Source: Acidimicrobiales bacterium
GTDB lineage: Bacteria > Actinomycetota > Acidimicrobiia > Acidimicrobiales > RAAP-2
Direction of reading: 5' to 3'
DNA length: 51,870 nt
Assembly (NCBI GenBank): GCA_036521235.1
Contig: DATDIE010000306.1
Span: 1-51,870 of the forward strand
Shown: positions 9,731-18,997 of the stretch, one piece after another
Layout: each line of letters starts with the position of its first letter
Position numbering within the stretch: the first letter of the stretch is position 1
Program-made: the position numbers and the translations under genes
Notes under the pieces: model-generated
Told to the model about the DNA's origin: nothing
Databases searched by the model: none
What the model saw: the letters and a program-made list of their open reading frames with translations, nothing else

Positions 9731-11034
9731 TGGCGATCACGGACGCACCCAAGATCGTCACCGCGCGCCTGGGCTTCGACGACTCGTACACGCTCGAGCG
9801 CTATCTCGCCACCGGCGGCTACAGCGCGCTGCGCAAGGCGCTCGGCATGACGCCCGAGGCCGTGGCGGCCGAGGTCGACGCGGCCAGCCTGCTCGGGCGG
9901 GGCGGCGCCGGGTTCCCGGCCGGGCGCAAGTGGTCGATGCTGCGCAAGAACCCGGTCACGTACCTGGTCATCAACGGCGACGAGTCCGAGCCGGCCACCT
10001 TCAAGGACCACATGCTCATCGAGAGCGACCCGCACCAGATCCTCGAAGGGGTCCTCATCTCCGCGTATGCCCTCCAGGTCACGCAGGCCTTCATCTACAT
10101 ACGCGGCGAGTTCGCCCTCGGTCTCGAGCGGATGCAGCGGGCGGTCAACGACGCCTACGCGCACGGCGCCGCCGGCAACAACATCTTCGGCTCGGGCTTC
10201 TCGCTCGACGTCGTCGTGCACCCGGGCGCCGGCGCCTACATCTGCGGTGAGGAGACCGCGCTCCTCGAGTCACTCGAAGGCAAGCGCGGCTTCCCGCGTA
10301 TCAAGCCGCCGTTCTTCCCGGCCGCCATCGGCCTCTACGGCGAGCCGACGGTGGTGAACAACGTCGAGACGATGGCCAACATCCCGTGGATCATCAACAA
10401 CGGCGGCGCCGCCTTCGCCGCGCTGGGCGAGGGGCGCTCGACCGGCACCCGGCTCTTCGCTCTGGCCGGCCACGTGCGTAAGCCCGGCAACTACGAGCTC
10501 GAGATGGTAAAGACCACCTTCCGCGACCTGATCTACGCGCCGCTGCTCGGCGGGGGCATCCGCGGCTCGAACACGCTCAAGGCCTTCATCCCCGGCGGTG
10601 TCTCCGCTCCGTGGTTCGGCCCGGATCAGGTGGACCTGCCGCTCGGTCAGGACGAGGTGGGCCAGGCGGGCTCCATGCTCGGCTCGGGCTCCATCGTCGT
10701 CATGGACTCGGCCACCTGCATGGTCCGCGCCGCGTGGCGCATCACCAAGTTCTTCTCCCGCGAGTCGTGCGGGCAGTGCACGCCGTGCCGCGAGGGCTCG
10801 GGCTGGCTCGAGCGGATCATGTACCGAATTGAGAACGGGACCGGCCGCGAGGAGGATCTGGACCTTCTCATGGACCTCTGCGACAACATCTCGCCCGGCG
10901 TGGCCTGGCCGCCGCAGCAGACGACCATCTGCGTCCTCGGCCCGTCGATCCCCTCATCGATCGCCTCGGGCATCCGCATGTTCCGAGACGAGTTCCTCGT
11001 GCACGTCAAGGAAGGGGGGTGCCCCTTTGACTGA
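9730..11034 (+). CDS. nuoF: NADH-quinone oxidoreductase subunit F
   Basis: This is the C-terminal part of ORF 9178..11034. ATG 9730 shares its A with the nuoE TGA. The sequence GRGGAGFPAGRKWS..INGDESEPATFKD..ICGEETALLESLEG..ESCGQCTPCREG is NuoF-like. Confidence 0.95.
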   Translation: MAITDAPKIVTARLGFDDSYTLERYLATGGYSALRKALGMTPEAVAAEVDAASLLGRGGAGFPAGRKWSMLRKNPVTYLVINGDESEPATFKDHMLIESDPHQILEGVLISAYALQVTQAFIYIRGEFALGLERMQRAVNDAYAHGAAGNNIFGSGFSLDVVVHPGAGAYICGEETALLESLEGKRGFPRIKPPFFPAAIGLYGEPTVVNNVETMANIPWIINNGGAAFAALGEGRSTGTRLFALAGHVRKPGNYELEMVKTTFRDLIYAPLLGGGIRGSNTLKAFIPGGVSAPWFGPDQVDLPLGQDEVGQAGSMLGSGSIVVMDSATCMVRAAWRITKFFSRESCGQCTPCREGSGWLERIMYRIENGTGREEDLDLLMDLCDNISPGVAWPPQQTTICVLGPSIPSSIASGIRMFRDEFLVHVKEGGCPFD

Positions 11035-13924
11035 CACGGAGAGTCGCGAGCCGCACTACGCCACGTCGGACGAGAAGCTCACCTTCACGCTGGACGGCCG
11101 CGCCGTAACGGCGACGAAGGGCGAGCTGCTTATCGCGGCGGCCGAGCGCGCCGGCACCTACATTCCGCGCTTCTGTTACCACCCCCGCATGGAGCCCGTC
11201 GGCATGTGCCGCATGTGCCTGGTCGACGTCGAAGGGCCGCGCGGCGCGACGCTGACGCCGGCCTGTTTCGTCGAGGTCACCGACGGCATGGTGGTCGACA
11301 GCAGCAACGACCGGGTGAAGAAGGCGCAGGACGGGGTGCTCGAGTTCCTGCTGGCCAACCACCCCCTCGACTGCCCCGTGTGCGACAAGGGCGGTGAGTG
11401 CCCCCTCCAGGACCAGACGCTGGCTTACGGGCCGGGCGAGAGCCGCTTCGTCGAGGAGAAGCGGCACTTCGAGAAGCCGATTGCCATCTCGGACCTCGTC
11501 CTGCTCGATCGCGAGCGGTGCATCCAGTGCGCGCGGTGCACCCGTTTCGCCGAGGAGGTGGCGGGCGAGGCACAGATCGACTTTGCCGGGCGGGGTGATC
11601 GGGTGGAGGTCGCCACGTTCCCGACGCAGCCCTTTGAGTCGTACTTCAGCGGCAACACGGTGCAGATCTGCCCGGTCGGCGCGCTCACGGCGACGCCCTA
11701 CCGGTTCACCGCGCGACCCTGGGACCTCGACCAGGTCGAGTCAACGTGCACGACGTGCGCCGTGGGCTGCCGGGTGGCGGTCCAGTCCTCGCAGAACCGC
11801 CTCACGCGGCTGCTCGGCATCGACAGCGAACCGGTCAACCACGGGTGGCTGTGCGATAAGGGCCGCTTCACCTACGAGTCGGTCAACGGCGACGAGGTGG
11901 ACGCCGGGCCGGTGTCCGAGGAGGTGGCCGACGAGGCCGTCGACGTCGCCCCGGCCACCGCGTCGCAGGTGGTGAGCCTCGGCGCGAGCCGCGGGCAGTT
12001 CATGGGCGAGGCGCGCGAGACCGGGCGCTTCGAGCACGGACGGCTGATCGAGCCGCGGGTGCGCAAGTCAGGTGAGCTCGTGCCGGTGAGCTGGGGCGAG
12101 GCCCTGACGGCGGCGGCAGAGGGCATCACCGCCGCCAAGCAGTCCGGCGGCTCGGGCGCGGTCGCCGTCATCGGCGGCGCGCGCCTCACCAACGAGTCCG
12201 CCTACGCCTGGGCCAAGCTGGCCAAGGGGATCGTCGGCACCGACTCGGTCGATGCACAGCTGGGCGACGGCCTGCCCGCCGACCTCGTCATGGGGCTGCC
12301 GCGGGCGACCATCGACGACGCAGCCGCCGCACCGCTCCTGTTGACGCTGTGTGGCGACCTGCGCGAGGAGCTGCCCGTCCTCTTCCTCCGCCTGCGCGAG
12401 TCCGTCGTGCAGCACGGTCAGGCGCTCATCGAGATCGGACCCACCCCGACGGCGCTCACGCCCTGGGCGAAGGCGCTCCTGGCGGCCCGCCCCGGCGACG
12501 CGCCGCTCGTGGCCCGGGCGCTCACGGGCGACGACGCGGCAATCGGCGCGTTGGGGACACACCACGAGGGTGCGGCCCTCGACGGCGCCGCCCTCGACGC
12601 GGCGCGCCGTGTCCTGGCCGAGCACCCCGGCGGCGACGGCGTGGTCATCGTGGCCGGCCGGACCTCGTACGCCGAGTCCGGCGAGGTCACGGCGGAGGCG
12701 CTGCGCGCGCTCGCGGCCGCACTGCCGAAGGCCAAGTTCCTCCCCGCCCTGCGGCGCGGCAATGTGTTCGGCGCGCTCGACATGGGCCTCGCGCCCGGTG
12801 TCCTGCCCGGCCGGGTCGGGCTCGACGCCGGCCGGGCGCGTTTCACGACCGCCTGGGGCTCGGTCCCCGACAAGCCCGGACGCTCCACCGCCGAGATCCT
12901 CGCCTCGATGGCCGGCGAGCCATCGAGCGAGCCGGGTGCGGCGGGTGCGCCACCCGTCACCGCGCTCGTCCTGTTGGGCGCCGATCCGCTCAGTGACTTC
13001 CCCGACCACGTTCTGGCCAAGCAGGCGCTGTCGGGCGGCCACTTCGTCGTGGCGGTGACCGGTCACCCTTCGCAGTCGGTCGACGACTACGCCGACGTGG
13101 TGCTGCCGTGCGCCGTGGCGCACGAGCGCCCGGGTACGACGACCAATCTCGAAGGACGCGTCAGCCGCTTAGGACCCAAGGTGTCGGCGCCGGGGTTCGC
13201 GTGGCCGGACTGGATGATCGCGGCCGAGGTGGCCGGCGCGCTCGGTGCCGACCTCGGTTTGTCCAGCCTGACCGACCTCACCGAGGAGATCGCGTTCACC
13301 GCCCCGGCCTACGCCGGGCTGACCGAGGACGTGCTGTTGACCGACGCCGCGCACGACGGGCTCGTCGTGCCGCTGAGCGACGACGGGGCCCGCCAGGCCG
13401 ACGTGGAGCCGATCGACCCGGTGGCGCTGCCGGGCGTCGAGTCCGTGGAGCAACAGGGCGCGCCTCCCCGCATCGGTAGCGGCGGCATGGCGCCGCTGCT
13501 GGCGCGCACCAAGGACCTCGGCAGCGTGCCGCCCCTCCTGGTTGCGTCCGACGCGGGCGCGGCCGAGCCCCTCCGCATCCCCAAGGCCGACAATTACACG
13601 CTGCGCCTCGTGGCCAGCCGCCGCCTCTACGACGCCGGCAGCGACGTGACCGGATCGCCCTCGCTCACGCCGCTCGTGCCTGAGCTCGTGGCCCGGGCGA
13701 ACCCGTACGACCTGGACCGCCTTGGCGCCGCCACGGGGGATCAAGTGAAGGTCCGCTCGGCCCGCGGCGAGCTGATCCTGGCGGCCGAGGCGGATGACGG
13801 CGTGCCGCGCGGCTGCGTCGCCGTCGACTTCAATGTCCCGAGCGCCCAGAGCCCGGGCAACGCGGCCGCCACGATCATCGACAGCCGCCAGCTCGTGACC
13901 GACGTCCGTCTGGAGTCGGTGTGA
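11027..13924 (+). CDS. nuoG: NADH-quinone oxidoreductase subunit G (long form, about 965 aa)
   Basis: This is the C-terminal part of ORF 10598..13924. The sequence LTFTLDGRAVTATKGELLIAAAERAGTYIPRFCYHP..CRMC..HPLDCPVCDKGGECPLQD..CIQCARCTRF is NuoG-like. The only in-frame start near the nuoF stop is TTG 11027, preceded by AAGGAAGGGGGG. The start is uncertain. Confidence 0.88.
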   Translation: MTDTESREPHYATSDEKLTFTLDGRAVTATKGELLIAAAERAGTYIPRFCYHPRMEPVGMCRMCLVDVEGPRGATLTPACFVEVTDGMVVDSSNDRVKKAQDGVLEFLLANHPLDCPVCDKGGECPLQDQTLAYGPGESRFVEEKRHFEKPIAISDLVLLDRERCIQCARCTRFAEEVAGEAQIDFAGRGDRVEVATFPTQPFESYFSGNTVQICPVGALTATPYRFTARPWDLDQVESTCTTCAVGCRVAVQSSQNRLTRLLGIDSEPVNHGWLCDKGRFTYESVNGDEVDAGPVSEEVADEAVDVAPATASQVVSLGASRGQFMGEARETGRFEHGRLIEPRVRKSGELVPVSWGEALTAAAEGITAAKQSGGSGAVAVIGGARLTNESAYAWAKLAKGIVGTDSVDAQLGDGLPADLVMGLPRATIDDAAAAPLLLTLCGDLREELPVLFLRLRESVVQHGQALIEIGPTPTALTPWAKALLAARPGDAPLVARALTGDDAAIGALGTHHEGAALDGAALDAARRVLAEHPGGDGVVIVAGRTSYAESGEVTAEALRALAAALPKAKFLPALRRGNVFGALDMGLAPGVLPGRVGLDAGRARFTTAWGSVPDKPGRSTAEILASMAGEPSSEPGAAGAPPVTALVLLGADPLSDFPDHVLAKQALSGGHFVVAVTGHPSQSVDDYADVVLPCAVAHERPGTTTNLEGRVSRLGPKVSAPGFAWPDWMIAAEVAGALGADLGLSSLTDLTEEIAFTAPAYAGLTEDVLLTDAAHDGLVVPLSDDGARQADVEPIDPVALPGVESVEQQGAPPRIGSGGMAPLLARTKDLGSVPPLLVASDAGAAEPLRIPKADNYTLRLVASRRLYDAGSDVTGSPSLTPLVPELVARANPYDLDRLGAATGDQVKVRSARGELILAAEADDGVPRGCVAVDFNVPSAQSPGNAAATIIDSRQLVTDVRLESV

Positions 13925-15231
13925 TCACCAACGTCTTCGCCAGCGCCGCGCACACCGTGGCCACGAACCCGCAGCTGCTCACGCACAGCGCGGACAGCGG
14001 CAACGGTGACCCGCTCTTTTACTTCGGCCTCAACTGGGAAGTCTGGCTGATCCTCATCATCAAGTGCCTCGTCGCGTTCGTGGCGTTGCTGGTGGCGACG
14101 GCGCTCATGATCTGGTTCGAGCGCAAGGTGATCTCGGACATGCAGAGCCGGATCGGGCCGAACCGCGCCGGTCCGTGGGGCCTCCTCCAGACCCTGGCCG
14201 ACGGGACCAAGCTCGTGTTCAAGGAGGACCTGCTCCCTGACCGGGCGGACACGTTCGTCTTCAAGCTCGCGCCCTACCTCTCGGTGATCCCGGCTGTGCT
14301 GATCTTCACCGTCGTGCCGGTCGGGGGCACCATCACGATCGGCAGCCACACCTTCGAGTTGCAGGTGGCCGATCCGCCCATCGGGATCTTGCTCGTGCTC
14401 GCCATGTCAGGCATCGCGGTCTACGGCGTGATGTTGGCCGGCTGGTCCTCGGGCTCCAAGTACCCGCTGCTCGGCTCGGTGCGCGCGTCGGCGCAGGTGA
14501 TCTCGTACGAGGCCGCACTGGGCATGACCACCGTGATGGTGGTGCTCGTCAGCCACTCGCTGTCCACGCGGGCCATCGTCGCCTCGCAGGCCGACGGCTT
14601 CTGGAACTGGAACCTGATCCGTCTCGGCTTCTTCCCCTTCATCTTCTTCATGATCGCCATCACGGCCGAGCTGACGCGGCCGCCCTTCGACCTCACCGAG
14701 GCCGAGCAGGAGCTGGTCGGCGGGTTCCACACCGAGTACTCCTCCATTCGCTTCGGGCTCTTCTTCCTGGCCGAGTTCATGAACACCATCACGATGTCGG
14801 CCGTCGTGGTGACCCTGTTCTTCGGCGGCCCCAACGGTTACATCTTCCACATTCCCGGGGCGACCATCTACATGCCGATCATCTACTTCCTGCTGAAGGT
14901 CGCGGCCTTCTGCTTCATCTACGTCTGGTTCCGTGCCGCGCTGCCGCGGTTGCGCTACGACCAGCTGATGGACCTGGGGTGGAAGCGGCTCATCCCGCTC
15001 ACGCTGGGATGGTTGCTCCTGGTCGCCGCGGTCATCGCGTGGGGCTGGGGCGGTCTGATCTTCGTGCCGGTGATGCTGCTCGCCGCGGGTTTGCTGTTCC
15101 GGGCGTCCAAGCTCGGCGCGTTCCGCAGCGAGGAAGACGTGATCATCCCGTCCATCGGCAGCCGGGTGACGCGTCCGACGCGCGGGCCGTTGACACCGTT
15201 CGTCAGGCCGAACCCCGGAGGTGATGCGTAA
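13921..15231 (+). CDS. nuoH: NADH-quinone oxidoreductase subunit H
   Basis: The sequence FERKVISDMQSRIGPNRAGPWGLLQTLADGTKL..PFDLTEAEQELVGGFHTEYS is NuoH-like. It has GTGA overlap with nuoG. Confidence 0.95.
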   Translation: MITNVFASAAHTVATNPQLLTHSADSGNGDPLFYFGLNWEVWLILIIKCLVAFVALLVATALMIWFERKVISDMQSRIGPNRAGPWGLLQTLADGTKLVFKEDLLPDRADTFVFKLAPYLSVIPAVLIFTVVPVGGTITIGSHTFELQVADPPIGILLVLAMSGIAVYGVMLAGWSSGSKYPLLGSVRASAQVISYEAALGMTTVMVVLVSHSLSTRAIVASQADGFWNWNLIRLGFFPFIFFMIAITAELTRPPFDLTEAEQELVGGFHTEYSSIRFGLFFLAEFMNTITMSAVVVTLFFGGPNGYIFHIPGATIYMPIIYFLLKVAAFCFIYVWFRAALPRLRYDQLMDLGWKRLIPLTLGWLLLVAAVIAWGWGGLIFVPVMLLAAGLLFRASKLGAFRSEEDVIIPSIGSRVTRPTRGPLTPFVRPNPGGDA

Positions 15232-16145
15232 TGGGCGTGGGCGACGAGATGAAGGACCAGCTCTCGTTCCTGGGCGGCTTCAAGCTGACGTTCCAGCACC
15301 TGACGCGGCCGCGGGTCACCACGATGTACCCGGAGGAGAAGAAGCCCAAGCAGCCGCGCCAGCACGGCCGCCACGTGCTGAACCGCTACGAGGACGGCAT
15401 GGAGAAGTGCATCGGCTGCGAGCTCTGCGCGGGCGTCTGCCCGGCCGACTGCATCTACGTGCGGGGGCTCGACAACCCGCCGGACCACCCGGTGTCGCCG
15501 GGGGAGCGCTATGGCTACGTCTACGAGATCAATTATCTGCGTTGCATCCACTGCGACATGTGCGTCGAGGCGTGCCCGACCGAGGCGATCACCGAGTCCA
15601 AGCTCTTCGAGTTCTCCTTCACCAACCGGTCGGACGCCATCTACACCAAGAACGAGTTGGTCGTGAACGACGACGGCACGCCCAAGAAGCTCCCGTGGGA
15701 GGACTGGCGCGAGGGCGAGGACCTCATGACGTCCGGCTGGATGCGGGCGACGTCCCCGTCGGGCAACGCGGCCTACGAGGGGGAGGTGCAGTGGGCGGGC
15801 GAGCTCGGCTACGGCGTGCGCCCCCCCGAGGGCGGCCAGTCGGGTCGGCGCAACGACGAGGCCACGGGCACCAAGGCGCTGCGCGAGACGCTCGAGGCGC
15901 ACCTGCTCGACGAGGACATCCCGCTGGCCCACCGCGGCATGCAGGGCCGCGTCTGGCGGGCCCGCAAGGGCGCGGTGCGCAACCGCAAGAAGATGGACGC
16001 GATGCGCGCCCGCATGAAGGACATGCGCGCGGAGCGCAAGGCGGCGAAGGTCGACGCCAAGTCGGTCAAGGCCGACGCCAAGGTGGAGGCGGCGGAGACG
16101 CAGCTGCACGACGCGGACAAGGCGTTCTACAAGGAGAGCGACTAA
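15231..16145 (+). CDS. nuoI: NADH-quinone oxidoreductase subunit I, with a roughly 95-aa basic C-terminal extension
   Basis: It carries two 4Fe-4S motifs, CIGCELCAGVCP and CIHCDMCVEACP. It overlaps nuoH at TAATG. The tail is RKKMDAMRARMKDMRAERKAAKVDAKSVKADAKVEAAE. Confidence 0.93.
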   Translation: MGVGDEMKDQLSFLGGFKLTFQHLTRPRVTTMYPEEKKPKQPRQHGRHVLNRYEDGMEKCIGCELCAGVCPADCIYVRGLDNPPDHPVSPGERYGYVYEINYLRCIHCDMCVEACPTEAITESKLFEFSFTNRSDAIYTKNELVVNDDGTPKKLPWEDWREGEDLMTSGWMRATSPSGNAAYEGEVQWAGELGYGVRPPEGGQSGRRNDEATGTKALRETLEAHLLDEDIPLAHRGMQGRVWRARKGAVRNRKKMDAMRARMKDMRAERKAAKVDAKSVKADAKVEAAETQLHDADKAFYKESD

Positions 16146-16148
16146 CCC

Positions 16149-16775
16149 GTGCTCCATTCGTCCTTGCTCCTGGCTGCCACGCGCCCGACCTGGCCCGACA
16201 TCCTGGTCTTCGCGGCCTCGGCCGCGGTGATCCTGGTCGGCGCCGTCGGCGTCGTGACGACGCGTAACCCGGTGCACGCCGCCCTGAGCCTCGTCATGAC
16301 GCTCTTCGGCGTCGCCGTCCTCTTCATCGAGCAGGAGGCGGACTTCCTGGCCGCCGTCCAGATCATCGTCTACGCCGGCGCCATCGTCGTGTTGTTCCTG
16401 TTCGTCATCATGTTCCTCGGGGTCGACCGGGCGGAGAACATCAACGTCGAGCCGCTCGTCGGCCAGCGCCCGCTGGCCTTCGCCTTCTCGGCCATCACGC
16501 TCGGCGGCGTGCTGGCCATGGCGGCCACGGCGCACTGGGTCACCGGCGCCCATCAGGTTGTCGGGCCCATCCAGGGCCACGTGGCCGGGCCCAACTCGCC
16601 CGCCGGCGAGCCCGCCCAGCTCGGCAAGCAGCTGTTCACGACGTACCTGTTCGCCTTCGAGGCCACCGCCGCCCTCCTCGTCATCGCCGTGGTCGGTGCC
16701 GTCGTCCTGGCCCGCCGTCCGCCGTCCGTGCACGGTGAGACGGAGGACGAGTCCGAGAGCGAGCTGTCGGCATGA
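16149..16775 (+). CDS. nuoJ: NADH-quinone oxidoreductase subunit J
   Basis: The sequence [54 protein letters not shown] is NuoJ-like. It starts at GTG. Confidence 0.92.
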   Translation: MLHSSLLLAATRPTWPDILVFAASAAVILVGAVGVVTTRNPVHAALSLVMTLFGVAVLFIEQEADFLAAVQIIVYAGAIVVLFLFVIMFLGVDRAENINVEPLVGQRPLAFAFSAITLGGVLAMAATAHWVTGAHQVVGPIQGHVAGPNSPAGEPAQLGKQLFTTYLFAFEATAALLVIAVVGAVVLARRPPSVHGETEDESESELSA

Positions 16776-17077
16776 GCCTCTCGGGTGCCTGGTACCTGGG
16801 CCTCGCCGCGATCGTCTTCACGATCGGCGCCATCGGCCTGCTCGTGCGGCGCAACGTCCTCATCATGTTCATGTGCATCGAGCTGATGCTCAATGCGGCC
16901 AACCTCACGTTCGTGACCTTCGCCCGCATGCTCAACGACATCGGCGGCCAGGCGGTGGTCTTCTTCGTGCTCGTGGTGGCGGCGGCCGAGGTCGTAGTCG
17001 GCCTCGGCATCGTCGTGACCAACTACCGACGCCGCGCCACGACGGTGGCGGACGACCTGGACTCGCTCAAGGGCTGA
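16772..17077 (+). CDS. nuoK: NADH-quinone oxidoreductase subunit K
   Basis: The 101-aa ORF contains [36 protein letters not shown]. It has ATGA overlap with nuoJ. Confidence 0.93.
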   Translation: MSLSGAWYLGLAAIVFTIGAIGLLVRRNVLIMFMCIELMLNAANLTFVTFARMLNDIGGQAVVFFVLVVAAAEVVVGLGIVVTNYRRRATTVADDLDSLKG

Positions 17078-17080
17078 CCC

Positions 17081-18997
17081 GTGGTCCATCTCGCGTACCT
17101 CATGCTGCTGTTGCCCCTGGCCGGCTTCGCTGTGCTCGTCACGGCGGGGCGGCGCCTCGGCGACCCGTTGGCCGGATGGATCGGCACGGCCGCCGTGGGC
17201 GGCGCCTTCGTGGTCGCCTGTATCGTCCTGGCCGGGCTCATCCAGCTGCCGGGGGACCACCGGGTGGTGGTGCAGCAGTACTTCACCTGGTTCAGCTCCG
17301 GCGGCCTCAGCGTGCCGGTGGGGACCCTGGTGGACCCGCTCTCGATGACGATGTGCATGTTCGTCACCGGCGTCAGCGCGCTGATCCACCTGTACTCGAT
17401 CGGGTACATGAAGAAGGACCGCGACTACTCCAAGTTCTTCATCTACCTGAACCTGTTCGTCTTCTCCATGCTCCTGCTGGTGCTGGCGAACAACCTCCTG
17501 TTGACGTTCGTCGGCTGGGAGGGCGTCGGGGTCTGCTCCTACTTCCTGGTCGCCTTCTGGTTCGAGCGCGAGTCGGCCGCCTCGGCGGGCAAGAAGGCGT
17601 TCATCTACAACCGGATCGGCGACGCCGGGTTCCTCGTCGCCATCTTCATCATCTTCGAGCGGACGGGGACGCTGCAGTACGAGGGCGGGCCGGGAGGCGG
17701 GATCTTCGGGCAGCTCTCGCACCTCGGCGGCGGCTACGGCACCGCGGTGGTGCTGCTGCTCCTGCTGGCCGCCACGGGCAAGTCGGCGCAGATCCCGCTG
17801 TTCAACTGGCTGCCCGACGCCATGGAGGGCCCGACGCCGGTCTCGGCGCTGATCCACGCCGCCACGATGGTGACGGCCGGGGTCTACCTGCTGTGCCGGA
17901 TGAACCCCCTCCTGCACCTCTCGCCGACGGGCATGGAGGTCATCGCGTCCATCGGCGCCGTCACCGCGTTCGTGGCGGCGACGATCGCGTGCGCGCAGCA
18001 GGACATCAAGAAGGTGCTCGCCTTCTCGACCGTCTCACAGATCGGCTACATGGTCCTGGCGGTCGGCTCGGGGGCCTACGTGGCCGCCATCTTCCTGATG
18101 GTGATGCACGCGTTCTTCAAGGGCCTGCTGTTCCTCGGCGCCGGCTCGGTCATCCACGGGCTGCAGGACGAGCAGGACCTCAAACGGATGGGCGCCTTGC
18201 GACGCTTCATGAAGTGGACGACCGTCACGTTCACCATCGGCTTCCTGGCCATCGCCGGCATCCCGCCGCTGTCGGGCTTCTGGGCCAAGGGCGACGTGCT
18301 CGACAACGCGTTCGCGCACTACAAGGTGCTGTGGGCCATCGGCCTGATCACGGCGGTGCTGACGGCGTACTACATGAGCCGCCTGGAGATCCTGGCCTTC
18401 GGCGGCGAGCCCCGCTTCGAGCAGCCCGGGCCGCACGGTGAGCCGGCGCTGCACACGCCGCACGAGTCGCCCTGGGTCATGCGCCTCCCGCTGGTGATCC
18501 TGGCGTTCTTCGCGTTCTTCGGCGGCCTGCTGAACCTGCCCTGGGTGCACACCCACGACCTCGAGAGCTGGCTGTCGCCGGTGTTCTCGGGCACTCTCTA
18601 CAACAACAACCTCAGCGACACCGCCCTGTGGGCCCTGGCCATCACGGACATCGCGGCCGCCCTCATCGGCGTGATCATGGCGTACTACCTGTGGCGCGGC
18701 GCGCAGGTGGACAAGCCGGCGCTCGAGCCGGCGTTCCTGCAGCGCGTCTGGTACTGGGACGACTTCTACGACGCCATCATCGGCAAGCCGAGCCAGCGGC
18801 TGGCGACGTTCTTCGCCTGGGTGGTCGACGCCCGCATCATCGACGGCGCCGTCAACGGGACCGCACATCTCGCCAAGATCACCGGCACGGCGGCCCGGCG
18901 CCTGCAGACGGGTTACGTCCGGAACTACGCACTGGGCATCGCGCTCGGGATGGCCCTGCTGATCGCCTTCATGCTGAGCAGGACGTGGTGGGCATGA
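17081..18997 (+). CDS. nuoL: NADH-quinone oxidoreductase subunit L
   Basis: The 638-aa ORF contains FVGWEGVGVCSYFLVAFW..GKSAQIPLFNWLPDAMEGPTPVSALIHAATMVTAGVYL. Confidence 0.95.
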   Translation: MVHLAYLMLLLPLAGFAVLVTAGRRLGDPLAGWIGTAAVGGAFVVACIVLAGLIQLPGDHRVVVQQYFTWFSSGGLSVPVGTLVDPLSMTMCMFVTGVSALIHLYSIGYMKKDRDYSKFFIYLNLFVFSMLLLVLANNLLLTFVGWEGVGVCSYFLVAFWFERESAASAGKKAFIYNRIGDAGFLVAIFIIFERTGTLQYEGGPGGGIFGQLSHLGGGYGTAVVLLLLLAATGKSAQIPLFNWLPDAMEGPTPVSALIHAATMVTAGVYLLCRMNPLLHLSPTGMEVIASIGAVTAFVAATIACAQQDIKKVLAFSTVSQIGYMVLAVGSGAYVAAIFLMVMHAFFKGLLFLGAGSVIHGLQDEQDLKRMGALRRFMKWTTVTFTIGFLAIAGIPPLSGFWAKGDVLDNAFAHYKVLWAIGLITAVLTAYYMSRLEILAFGGEPRFEQPGPHGEPALHTPHESPWVMRLPLVILAFFAFFGGLLNLPWVHTHDLESWLSPVFSGTLYNNNLSDTALWALAITDIAAALIGVIMAYYLWRGAQVDKPALEPAFLQRVWYWDDFYDAIIGKPSQRLATFFAWVVDARIIDGAVNGTAHLAKITGTAARRLQTGYVRNYALGIALGMALLIAFMLSRTWWA

